DNA from: Prorocentrum cordatum
Taxonomy: Eukaryota
Direction of reading: 5' to 3'
Assembly: GCA_963575745.1 (NCBI GenBank)
Contig: CAUYUJ010000188.1
Span: 62,001-117,046, forward strand
Length of the DNA: 55,046 nt
The position numbers and the translations under genes were made by a program. Below are positions 23,947 through 36,305 of this stretch, piece after piece. Under the pieces are notes generated by a model. It searched no databases. It saw only the letters and a program-made list of their open reading frames with translations, and was not told the DNA's origin. Every line of letters begins with the position of its first letter. The first letter of the stretch is position 1.

Positions 23947-26900
23947 TCACAGAATAGAGTCAGAGTGAGTGTTTGTACGCATGTGTAGCAGGTGTGAACA
24001 ACAGACACTTGTCTTTTCCACCGATGTTGCCGTCCAGGGGGCAGGCGGGAGGTCAGCAGGGACAGGCTCCTCCGGGATGTCATGGAGGGGTTCCAGGGCA
24101 GTCCCGGGGAAGGGGCGCGGCGACTGGTCGAGGCGCCGCATCAGTTTCTGCGTGCTGCCTGACAGCCGAAGCCCTGGGTCTTTGCGAACGCGAGTCACAT
24201 CGGAGCGGCTCCAACCGACGGTGAGACCGCCGGTGAACTGGACCACGACGCGGTCGCCAGACAAGTCGATGGTTGTGCCGATGTATCCACGCAGAGGGCT
24301 GGTCGGTGCGGTGATCTCGACCTGTACCCCGAGGAAGAGGCCGTCGTCGTCACCGTCATCGCGTGAGCCACCGAGGCCTTCGTCGTGGCCAGCCGTGTTG
24401 TCCGTCTGATCGCGGCTGCTGGCGGCAGGCAGCGAGGCCGACTTGCAGAGTGCCGCCGCTGAGTCGTCAGGCCGCCGTGCCGCCAGACTGCTGCAACTTG
24501 TGTACGCTGCGGGGGCCGGCTGGGGGTCCTGGATTGGCGCCCTCGTGAGTATGCCTGTACTGGTGGGCGGCACCTCGGCGCGCAGCGGAGGTGCTGGGAC
24601 GGTCAAGCTGGAACCGCGGAGGTGGGCAGTGTCACCAGTAGGCAGCGTGACGGTCCAGAGGCCTGGGTACTCCCTGGACGGCCCTCGTACGATGCCTCGG
24701 AGGCCGTTGATGGGGTTGTGGACCTGGCCTTTTACGACAACCTCGGTGCCGGCGTGGAGCCGCGGTGGAATCCGAGCTGCCAAGCGACGGTTGACTGCTC
24801 GGAGGTAACCGATGGTGGCTGGTTGTGGTCCGAGGTAGCGCTCGAGGTGCTCCCGTACAGTCGCAGTGCTAGTGCTGGGAGTGCTAGTGCTAACACGCGG
24901 GATAGCGAGGGAGCCAGGATCCAGGGCAGGCGTGTGAGCATGTGAGACGGCCGAGGTTGGCCCCGCTGCCATGCTACCAGGTTGTGGCGGGGAGGTCACC
25001 CCTGGGCTCGAGGCAGCGTGGGGACCGATGACAGAAATGGCAGGCGTAGTGCCATGCGGGGGGGCTGAAGCCGCCCCCGCTGGCGTGCTACCAGGTTTTG
25101 GCGGGAGGGTCGACTCGAGGCTTGAGGCCATGTGGGGGCCGATGACAGGAATGGCAGGCGTGGTGCCATGCGGGGGGGCTGAAGCCGCCCCCGCTGGCGT
25201 GCTCCCAGGTTTTGGTAGGGAGGTCGGCTCGAGGCTCGAGGCAGTGTGGGGGCTGATGCCAGGGCGGCCCTGGGCGGCCGCCTGGTGGCCTAGAGGGCGT
25301 CTGCGGTCGACGTCGCCGCCGCACTGTCGGCGTCGGCGCCGCGCTGTAGCTGCGCTCCGTCGCCGCCACTCGTCGCGGATGCCGATGGAGAAGTAGTACA
25401 TGCCGTACGTGGCGCACAAGGTGGCCCACGTGGACAATGACACCACGTTGTACCACTCGATGACCTCCAACCACACACGCTCCACGAACGCTGCCGTGTA
25501 GGCCGACGTGGGTGCCACCTTTGGCGCCGCCGCGGACGACTCAGGGCGTGCTGAATCTGGCAGGGTTGGCGTGAGAGTAGTCGTCGGCGATGACGTCTCG
25601 GCTGCGCTCGGTGCCGGTGTTGGTGCTGGTGTCAACGTTGGTGCCCGCGTAGGCGTGGGCGCGGGAGCTGCCGCTGGCAGTGCTGGTGTCAAAGCTATGG
25701 GCGATGCTGCCATGGATGCGAGCGCCGATGCAGACGGCGGAGTTGGCGTAGATGCTGGCTGCAACACTGGCGTGGGTACCGGCGTAGTCGTCGATGTTGT
25801 CGTCAATGCAGACAGTGCCGCAGACGTAAAAATCGACGAGGCAGGCGTGTCCTGACATGACATGGCGGTCCCACTAGCGTAGGGTGCGCCTGAAGACGGC
25901 ACCCGCGCCAGCGGCCCTAAGCGAGGCGTCGGGACAGTGAATGGTTGAGGGCTCGCCGAGGCTGGCGTCGATGCGGTCGTCGGTGCTGACGTCGCTGTTT
26001 GGGTCGGTGGGGCCGTAGGTGACAACGTGGCGGACATGATACGGCGTGGTACGGCGGCCCCAGTAGCCGTGGGTGTGCCTGATGGTGTCGATCTCGTCGT
26101 CAATGCCGCTGTCGGTGCCGACGATACTGAGGCCGATCCTGTCGTCAATGCTGGCGTCGGTGCGGACGTGGGCACGGGAGCCATGGCCGTGTATGCCACC
26201 GTGGATGTAGTCATGAGTGCTATCGTGGATACCGCTGTGAAGGCCGTTTGGGGGACTGCCGTAGGTGCCACCGTGGGTGGCAACGTTGGTGCCGCCGCCG
26301 GCGAGTCTGCCACTGCTGACGTCGAAGGCGGTCGCCCGAAAACTGTCGCTGCCGATGCGGACGTCCCAGCTGCCGTCCGTGGTGGCGTCGATGTGGTCGT
26401 CGGCGCAGATAGTGACACAGACGATACGGGCGACGAGGCGGACGTGGCATGACATGACATGGCGGCCCCGCTAGCGGAGAGTGCGCCTGAAGGCTGCACT
26501 CCCGCCCGCGGCCATGGACGAGGCGTCAGAGCAGTGACTGGCTGAAGACTCATCGAGGCTGGCCTCGATGCTGCCGTCGGTGCTGTCGTTGATGTGGACG
26601 TGGGCGCCTCAATGGATGCGGTGGTCGGCGGTGCTAGCCTAGGGACACCCAGGGTCGTCGGCGGGGTGGGATAAATAATAGTGGTTGGTGCCGCTGGCGG
26701 TGCTGGCATAGGAGCTGTCATCGGTGCTGGTTTCGCTGGAGACGCCGGAGCTGGCGTCGATGCGGCCTGCAACTCTGGCGTAGGTAACGGCGTAGGCGCA
26801 GGCATGGGTGTTGACGCTGGCGGTGCTGTCGTAGGGGCTGGCGTCGGTGCTGGCCTCGATACGGACGTCGGAGCTGGCGTCGAAGCTGGCTGCAACTCTG

Positions 26901-27926
26901 AGAGACGATGATGCCGAGGAGAGGTCTGTAGGTCACCAGACTTCGGCGGGCCTGAAGGCGCCGCCGAGCGAGTGGCAATACAGGTAGCGCAGGAGTGGCT
27001 GATTGTGGTACTGACGTCCGTCGGAGTCTGTGATGCTAGCGGTGCTGCCGTCAGAGCCGTCCTCGCCGCCGTCAATGCTGCCGTCGGGGTCAGCGAGACT
27101 GTGGTCGTATATGCATGCATCATCGATAGATCGGCGACTGCCGTCGGTAGGAGCGTCGGTGCTGACCTCGGCGCCGGCGCCGGTAATGAGTCGTCAAGGT
27201 CGTCGTGGTCGTCATCGTCTCCTCCTCCTCCTGCGGGGCGGGGTGAGGGAGGAGGCGAGGGTGGTGCCGAATCCGTACCACTCGCTGGCGTCGATGCTGA
27301 CTGCAGTGCCGTCGTCAGAGCTGGCGTCGATGCTGTCTGCGGACCGACGGTGCCGAGGACGATGCCGAAGGTGGAGCCAAGGCCGTACCCGAAGTTCAGC
27401 AAGATAATGCCGATGAAGATGAGAGCGGTGCCTACGTTGCCGCGGGAGCGCTCTCGGGGGGAGGTTGGGGGCCGACTGCTTGTCACGCACGGCGCGACGA
27501 CGGCAGGCGTGGGAACAGCCCGACCGCACTCAGCACCGTCACCCTCAGCAGTCGGGAGCCCGACCCCCCCCTGGATACCTGGCCGTACCGAGGTGTGCAG
27601 GTGCTGGACGGAGTCGTCTGTGTTGGCGTCGGTGCCTGGTAAGTGGGCGCGGAGGTCGGCGCGGTATGCGCGCAGCTCGGCGCGCAGGTGAAACACGTCA
27701 TGCCCAAGTATACGTAGATCTTCGTGAAGATCCGCACGCGGCACGTGTGGGGCGTGTCCAGGTGGTACTGGGAGGTCGCGCCCGTGCAGGACGGGTACGC
27801 GGAAGACAAGGTCCTGGTGCCTGTGTACAGTAACATGGCCAGGTAGCTCAGGTAATACAGCATGGTGAGACGTGAAGGTGCGGTGGCGGCCTGGCGCAGA
27901 CAGGGGGGCCATGGCGGCGGTCGCAC
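23947..27926 (-). CDS. Large intronless Pro/Thr/Ala/Ser-rich (mucin-like) membrane protein with two C-terminal KOW/SH3-like segments; probable 5' frameshift
   Basis: The 1321-aa open frame is not built from microsatellite. Hydrophobic segments are ALIFIGIILLNFGYGLGSTFGIVLG and WATLCATYGMYYFSIGI. The beta-barrel-like segments are AGTEVVVKGQVHNPINGLRGIVRG and LGVQVEITAPTSPLRGYIGTTIDLSGDRVVVQF. Overlapping frame 27483-27926 supplies a signal-like start (MLYYLSYLAMLLY) and PT-rich sequence. Confidence 0.6.
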
Positions 27927-28899
27927 TGAGGAGAGGTGACGCGAATCAGTAGGGTCCTGGGGGGACCCCTCCGGTCTCGCGAGGCCTGGGAGACTGACTC
28001 CGAGGCGGGGCGTTTCGCGTCGCGGCTGCGGTCTGAGTGCTGGGCACTCTCGAGCCGAGACTAGCGAGAGGGAGAGAGAGAGAGCGAGCTAGATATTATA
28101 TAACGGGTCAGAGAGATGTAGGGGAAAAGAGACAGAGACAGAGAGAGGGAGAGAGAGAGAGGGATGATAGATACAGAGAGATAGAGAGAGAGAGAGAGAG
28201 CAGGAGAGAGAGAGAGAGATAGAGAGTTAGATATTATAGAACGAGCCAGAGAGATGTAGGGACGGGGGCACGAGACAGAGAAACCAGGAGAGATAAACAT
28301 TGAGAAACAGAGAGACACAGAGAGAGAGGGAGGGACAGCGAGAGCCCCCGCCGCCCCGCCGCGACGTGGGGGGCGCCTGCTGGATCGGCGCCAGGACGCC
28401 CGCCGCAGGGTCGGGGGGAAGGAGGAGGAGGAGGGGAAGGTAGGAGGAGTGCGAATAGGATTTGGAGGAGGAGGAGGATGAAGGAGGGAGGAAAGAAGGA
28501 GGAGGAGGGGCAGGAGGAGGAGGAGGAGGAGGAGAAGCGAGGAGGATAAGGAATGATGTAAAAAAGCGGATGATGAGGAGGAGAATGAGAGCTCCTCCCT
28601 CCTCCTCCTCCCTACTCCTCATCCTCTTGGGCGTGAGGAACCGCAAAACGAGGGGCGTGAGGAACTTGAGCGGCAGGCACTCCTCCTCTTCCTCCTCCTC
28701 CCTCCCCCCTCTTCTTCCTCCTCCTCCTCTCCTCCTCCTCTCCTCCTCCTCCTCCTCCTCCTCCTCCTTCTCCTCCTCCTCCTCCTCCTCCTCCTCCTCC
28801 TCCTCCTCCTCCTCCTCCTAGCCATTGCTCCCGTTTACCGAAATTCCGGCTGCTTGCGCTAGCGTTTCGTTTCCGAATTTCGAAGTTCATTTTGACGGG

Positions 28900-31800
28900 A
28901 GAAAAGTTGAGGCAGTTTCCTTTAGCGGCGGCTCTAGTTGAGCCTCGCCGCATTACCTGCGGGGCGAGTGGGGTGCCTTACGTTTTCGGTTTTCTGGCTG
29001 AGCCGCGGAACCCATGTCTTACCAGCGCAAACACCCAATCCTCGGAGACCCACGGGGGCCCACGGAATGACCTCGCGCCGCGAGGGCTACAGGATGGGCC
29101 CGGGGGAGTCGCCATGACGGGACTGCCTTCAGCTGCATCCGCGCGCGCCCGGGCCGCATCGAGGCGGTTGCACCGCCAGATGCGAAAGTTCACGCCGTCG
29201 GGCTCGCCGCGCAACGGGCGCTCGCCGTCGCCAACGCATCGCGCGGCCAGAGATCGAGCGCGCGCCCATGCACCCGCGCAGAAACAAGTAACAGCCAGAT
29301 GCCTTTCTCTAGAGCAGCCCAGCTTTCGCGGCGAGGGGGCCAGGAGGCGGGCGAGGAGCCCGGCGCAAGCCCGCTGCTCCACATTGTCAGGCATGAGTTT
29401 CGCAAGAGCCCTTTCATGGCACCTCTGGGCCCAGGACGCGAGGACCTGGGCCACCCAGGAAGGCGGATTGAAACCTAGATGGACAACCCCTTCAGCGCCG
29501 CCCGCCCGCGCCAGCGCCGACGCGGGGCACCGGCCCGCCCGAGCGGGAGACCGACGCCTTCATTGGATGCGACCTTGAGAGTTCCCCCCAAGCGACCCCG
29601 TCGTCGAAAGGGACAGCCCACCACCTCTGACAGAACTCTCTCACGCCACGAAGCGAGGGGGCGGCGGCGGCGGGGGGGCGCGGGGGGCGGCGGCGATGGC
29701 CGGCCAAACCACGCACCCCACATGCAACGCAGGGGCTACGCTCGATCTCCTCAAGGCCGCCGCAGGAAGCAAATTCCGCATGAATCGGGCTACCGCGATG
29801 ACAGGGGGGGTTGCACGATGACATCACAGGCTGGGCTTCCTTTACTTCACCAACATGGAAGCGCCAACAATGGAAATCTGACCCATGCAACCTCTGGCGG
29901 GGCAAGCGTTCGCGGTGCCTTTTCAAAATCCGGCGCCGTTGGCTCATTCGCTTAGATCGTTGCGCTCGCTTCCACAAATCGCGCTATACCGACCTCCGTT
30001 GCCCCGCAAGCAGGTCGGCGCCGAGCGCGACCGCCGCGCTGGCGACCGCGACCGCCGCGCCGCCGATCAGATTGCCGAGCTCGCGCGCCAGCGACACAGA
30101 ACTGGGGGAAGCGGCGAGCTCATCTGATTGCAACTGCATGCGGAAGGAGACGCGACAGAAGATGAGCATGGCCGCGGCGGCCTTGGACACCCCAATTAAA
30201 ATTTCGATCTCGCCATCACCTTCGGCAGCGAGCGGATCGACATCAACGTGAGATGACAGCTGGACTCGAGGATGCCCCAGCGAAAACAGATGCGCAGACC
30301 GTTGACAACCCCGATTTGGCGAGCCACGGAGAGGTCAGAGCCCCCAAACGCAACCATCTCTGGCCTCTCCAAAGTTGCGCGTCGGTCTCACGAGGTTAAA
30401 CCCGAAGGGCGAGGCACGCGAGCGGAGTAAATCGAGGTCAAAACTTTCGCGATGTCCAGCGCCAGCCCAAATGACCCCCGCCGTGACCTGGTTACCGTGC
30501 GAAGCAAACTCCGCTCTGACAGCCCGGCGTCACGCGGCGCCCCCAGCGGTGCGCCCTCGGCCGAACGCCCAGGAAAGCCCGGGGGAATTTCTGCTGAATT
30601 TCGAATCAACGCGCGATCGCAAACGCCCCCAGACTCCAGCGGGGCCAGCACATAAAAGGATCCCGCGTGATTCCCGGGCAGGGGGACTGGCAGTAGGAAA
30701 GAAGCCCAGGTTCTCCACGGCCTGATACAAGGCCCCCCGAGGTTCAAGAGCCGCGCCCGACACCAGCGACAACCGCTCGAGGCGCAATCCATCTGACGAC
30801 TGAGACTCGATGGGAGGGAAACCCGCACTGGCCTTGCGGACCGCGCCCGCGCTGGCCCTCGGAAGATGGGCGCGATCGGGCACGTCGACTTCGCGGGGCC
30901 TGGAGCTGGCGCGCCAGCAACGCGCGAGCGTCGCGCAATGACGCCCGACGGCCATTGCTAAACTGGCCCGGCGACGACTGAGCAACAGTGGGGCAATTCC
31001 TGGCTGAGGTTCGTTAGCTGACGCGTAGCTCTAGCCACGCCCATCAACGCCTTCTCCCGCCATTCACCCCATGAGTCCTGCTTGGACGTGGCGATGCCCT
31101 TCCAGGCGTCGTCTCGATCTGCTTCAAGCTCATCGAAGAGACCGCGGATGTCTTGCATCCACCCCTCGAGCGGTCGGCGGACAGCTTCGCGCGATGGCTC
31201 GAGCCCGCAAGATTGCGGCGCCCAGCCGCGCCGCCGTGCCCTCTCCGGGGCAGGGCTGAAGCCATCGCTGATGCACCTGTTGCAAAGCGTCTCGAACAAA
31301 AAAAAACTCTTGAAGGGCCCGCGCCGGGGCCCCGGGCAGTCCCCGAGAGGCTGGAACGCGCCCCAAACGTTTCAATAACATGCTTCACCAAGCAAGCCCG
31401 CCCGCGGCTGACTCACCGGCTCGGTGCAACTTAGCCTTAGGCCTTCGACCACGCGCCTCCTCGTCTTGATGGGCGCCCCAAGGAACGCCCCCAGTCCGGG
31501 CTCACGACGGACGGAAGACCCGCAAGGCCTCGGCGAGGACTTCGCAAGCAAAACCAACGGGCCTTTCGAGCGCAGCCTGAGACGCGCGCCCCGCAATGTC
31601 TCGGGCGAGAGCGCAATCCTGCGGCCGGGGCGTCGGCCTGCACGGCAGGGCAACAGGGGGCCTGGGCGGCCAAGGTACACTACGAAATTGATAGAGCCGA
31701 ACAACCCGCTCAAGGCGACGCGGCCGACCGCCCACTTGCAAATCGCACTCGATTGTCTCACCCGCTCTCGAGAGAGGGGGCCTGGACCAAACAATGGCGG

Positions 31801-33660
31801 CACTCGACGAGCTGGCGCTGCGCGAGCACGAACGGGGGCGGGGGGGGCGAACAACAAAGCGCCCAGTCTAAGCACGACCCCCGCACTTGCCACCAGAATC
31901 GGGTTGACACCCCATCCCCCCGCCGAGGAACACCTGACCCCTCGGGACAGACTGCCCCGCGGCATCTAGAAGCGAGATATTGCGATCGCACAGCCGCGTG
32001 CCAGGCTTGGCACACACGCACACAAATGAAACCACTGGCCACTCGGGACTATCAATATGCGCCGCGATAGATCGACCGGAGGCGAGAATCCCGCCGCCAC
32101 CGCGGCCCCAAGTGCCTGCGAATAAAGGCGACAACGCCCCGCAGAGGTCTACCCGCAGCCCCGAGAACACGGGAGGGGGGCGCAAGCATCCGCCAGCCCA
32201 TCTGACTGACCGCCTCGCAATGATCTCCAAGAAGGTCGCCCGTGAACCCGATTGCTCGAGCGGGGCCACCGCCGGGCGATCCGTCGGCCCCCCCCCCCGG
32301 GAGCTCCCGCCGCAAGTTCCCACGCCTCCACCGCGACCGCCAACCGCAGGCAGCGCGCACTCGTGGAGGACCCATCGCGAAAGAAAGCGTCGAGGATGTC
32401 AGCCGCTAAAAACCCAGCTGCCCCCCGGGGATGAAGGAAGCGACCTCCTCGGCTAACGCGTGCTTCTCCGCCCGTTGGGCGGCGAAAAGCAGCTCGCCCG
32501 CCACTCTCGTCGCACCTTGCGGGGGCGCCAGCCCCGTCAGCGAGGGCCGCTGCGCCCTCCGCGCCAGCACCTTCGTCGCGCTCGCTGCCACCTGGAGCGG
32601 GACAGCTCCCATCATCGCGCTTCTTACCGTTCGCGAACCCCTCCAATGGAGACGCCTGCCGCGCGCGCTCGCGCATGGCAGCCGGGGGCCACGAACGGCG
32701 ACGCGGAGGGGCGGGCAGTCGCCGCGACAGCATGCCCCTACAGCTGCTCGAGTAGCTTTATACTTCTGGAGAGCCTCCGATTGCAACCAGCTCCGAGCAT
32801 CCTCTCAGTCGGTTCCACGGTCAAGCTCGCCCAGCTTGAGCTGGGGAGCGGCCACGCTGCGTGGCAAATTGCGCACCCACCAGCTCGCGGTTGAGCCCCT
32901 CGATTTCCGCGTCGACCACCAGCTGCTGCGCCATGAGAATGTCGAGGTTATCTTGCGCTTGCAGCGTGATGTTAGTTCGCTCAGGCGCTTCCACATCCTG
33001 GACCAACTTTGCACGCCTGGCCTCCGCCCAAGCGAGCTTGTGGCCCGTGTTGGTCTGCTGCGTGAGGGCTGGCTTGAGAAGAGTCAGTTCTTTACGAGCT
33101 GCTTGAAGGTGCCGCTCAAGTGATGCCTTCGCCTCTGAGCCACTGTCAGCGATCTTGTCGACTGCACTGATGGCACATTCGAGCCCCTTGATCTGCTCAC
33201 GGACGACCTCTTCATTTCCACTTTCCTTCGGCACGTACCTGGCGCATGAGCGAAGGTAGCCTTGAGCAGCTCGTCGCACCGCTTCTGAAGGGTGCCGAGC
33301 TGTTTCTGAATATTGTAGCTGTTATTGCCTTTCCCTGTGCTAGGACCCCGCCCAGCAGGAGGGGAACGCTCGCCATCGCTCTTCTTCGCGCCCCGCCTGC
33401 CGGCGGCAATCACGGACGTCGGCGCATCCTTGCCGCATCTGCAGTGCAACCTGCTGGCCACATGGGTGCTGAGGTCGCAGACGCACGTCCAAAAAGGCCG
33501 CGTCGGGCCAGGAAGTGCCGGCCCATCCAAGGATGCCCCTTTCGGGAGCGCGCACACGCACTGATGCCCCGCAGGGCCCAGAAAAGAGCGTCGGCTCGCA
33601 GCAGCACGGGGCCGCTCTGAAGAAGCAGGACGCTGCAAGCTCGGGCCGCGAAGCGCATGG
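28900..33660 (-). mobile_element. Decayed non-LTR retrotransposon (LINE): ORF1, APE endonuclease and RT remnants
   Basis: In order on the minus strand: RanBP2-like finger WTCVCDLSTHVASRLHCRCGKDAP (~33.45 kb); coiled coil (32821-33279); APE-like GRSIAAHID...VSFVCVC...NISLLDAAGQ...FLGGG (31868-32323); linker WGEWREKALMG; RT-like LYQAVENLGFFP, ESGGVCDR and LALDIAKV; and a degenerate YVDD-position HVDV at 30239-30250. There are many frameshifts, and the boundaries are approximate. Confidence 0.72.
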
Positions 33661-33679
33661 GCCAGAACCGCTGAACGAG

Positions 33680-34352
33680 GAGAAGGGGAGAGAAGGAGGA
33701 GGACGAGGAGGGAAAGGAGAGGAGGACGAGGAGGAGGACGAGGAGGAGAACGAGGAGGACGAGGAGGAGAGAAGGACGAGGAGGACGAGGAGGAGAGAAG
33801 GACCAGGAGGAGAGAAGGACGAGGAGGAGAGGAGGACGAGGAGGAGAGAAGGACGAGGAGGAGGAGGAGGACGAGGAGGAGAATGAGAGGGAGAGGAGAG
33901 AGAAGGTAGGGACGAGGAGGGCGGAGAAGGGACGAGGGAGCTAGGGGATGGAAAAGTAGAAGGAGAAGCATACAGAGAAGGAGAATGATATTCTGAAGAA
34001 GAAGAAGAAGAATAAGAAGAAGAACAATAACAAAAAAAGGCGAAGGAAAAGGAGAAGGAGAGAGGAGGATAAGGAGAAGGAGGAGGAGGAGGAGGAGGAG
34101 GAGGAGGAGGAGGAGGGTAAGGAGGAGGAGGAGGGGGGAGGAGGGGGAGGAGGAGGAGGAGGAGGAGGGTAAGGAGGAGGGGGAGGAGGGGGGGGAGGAG
34201 GAGGAGGAGAAGGAGGAGGAGGGAGGAGGAGGAGGAGGAGGAGGAGGAGGAGGGGAGGAGGAGGAGGAGGAGGAGGAGGAGGAGGAGGAGGAGGAGGAGG
34301 AGGAGGAGGAGAGGAGGAGGAGGAGAAGGAGGAGGAGGAGGAGGAGGAGGAG
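33680..34352 (+). repeat. (GAG)n / purine-rich low-complexity array
   Basis: Direct inspection. Similar (CCT)n/(GAG)n tracts recur throughout the window. Confidence 0.9.
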
Positions 34353-34984
34353 GATCGGGTGGGATCTAGCGATCGACAGCTGCGAACGAGTGCCTCGGGC
34401 GCAATCTGCTGAAAAGAGCATCTTCTGACCCTCCCAGGGCCTAGAGGAGGACAAGGAGGAGGAGGGATGAGGAGGGATGGGAAAGGAGGAGGAAGCAATA
34501 ATGATGAGGAGGGAAGAGGAGGCAGCAGAAGGAGGAGGGAGAGCAAGAAGGAAGGATGGAGGAAGAAGAAGAAAAGAAGAAAAGAAGAAAAGAAGGAGGG
34601 ATGAAGGAGGTCCAGGAGATGCACACTGAGGTCCTCTGCCCCCCCTGGACCGTCCGTGAACTTTGTTGATTATCCTTCAAGCGAGGCCCTCCGCGCCACA
34701 GCACGGCGCGCGACTTCAGGCAAGCGTGCGACCTATGGGCTCGGACCTCCTCCTTCCTCCTCCTCCTCCTCCTCCTCCTCCTCCTCCTTCCGCCTCCTCC
34801 TCCTCCTCCTTTTCATCCTCCTCCTCCTCCTCCTCCTCTTCCTCTTCCTCCTCCTTCCTCCTCCTCCTCCTCCTGCTTCTCCTCCTGCCCCTCCTGTTTA
34901 TCCTCCTGCCCCTCCTGGTCATCATCCTCGCCACCAGTAAACCACTGAGTCCTTCTCCTCTTCCTCCTCCTCCTCCTGACCGTC

Positions 34985-34991
34985 CTCGTCG

Positions 34992-35072
<81 letters not shown>

Positions 35073-35178
35073 GCATCATCATCATCATCAACACCACCAC
35101 CATCAGCAGCAGCACCATCAGCATCAGCATCAGCATCAGCATCAGCATCAGCATCAATATCATCAGCATCATCAGCAC

Positions 35179-35239
<61 letters not shown>

Positions 35240-35915
35240 GTCGTCGTCATCACCATCGTCATCGTCATCGGCATCATCATCAGCAGCAGCAGCATCGTCA
35301 TCATCATCAGCAACATCAGCATCAGCATCAGCAGTAGCATCATCATAATCATCTTCAGCATCAGCATCAGCATCATCACCAGCATCATCAGCAGCATCAT
35401 CGCCACCACCACCATAATCAGCATCATCATGACCATCATCAACACGATCATCAGCATCATCGTCATCATCATCAGCAGCAGCATCATCAGCAGCATCATC
35501 ATCAGCATCGTCAGCATCGTCACCATCGTCATCGTCATCGGCATCATCATCAGCAGCAGCATCGTCATCATCATCAGCAACATCAGCATCAGCATCAGCA
35601 GCAGCATGATCATAATCATCATCAGCATCAGCACCAGCATCATCACCAGCATCATCAGCAGCAGCATCGCCACCGCCGCCATCATCAGCATCATCATGAC
35701 CATCATCAGCACGATCATCATCGTCGTCATCATCATCAGCAGCATCATCAGCAGCATCATCATCATCATTAGCACCATCATCAGCAACAACATCACATTA
35801 ATCTTAATCCGCGTCCTCGTCGTCGACGGAATCACACAACACAACAGCAACGACGTCAACATCAACATCATCATCACCAGCATGGCCACGAGCAACATGA
35901 TAATCATCCCCCTCG

Positions 35916-35969
<54 letters not shown>

Positions 35970-36305
35970 GTATCATCATCATCATCATGAGCATCATCAT
36001 CAGGAGCGCCATTCTCATCACCATCATCACCCGTGTCACCATCATCAGCGTCATCATCAGCATCATCATCATCGAAACCAGACTCATCATCATCAGCATA
36101 ATCCTTAGCATCGTCATCATTCTCATCATCGGCAGCAGCATCAGCATCAGCATCATTACCATCGTAATCATTATCGCCAACAGCAGCATCATCGGTAGCA
36201 TCGACATCATCAGCACCATTATCTTCATCACCATCGTCGTCATCAGCAGCATCATCATCATCATTATCGCTGTCAGCAGCAGCACGTGTCCATCACCATC
36301 ACCAT
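34985..36305 (+). repeat. (CAT/CAG)n array with a higher-order ~270-bp duplication
   Basis: The variant pattern near 35300 recurs near 35570. Confidence 0.9.

Noticed and set aside
33656..33677. SL-like string at the 5' end of the LINE (minus, CGTTCAGCGGTTCTGGCCCATG)
   Set aside because: It matches only 12/22. The position is suggestive but the match is not distinguishable from chance.
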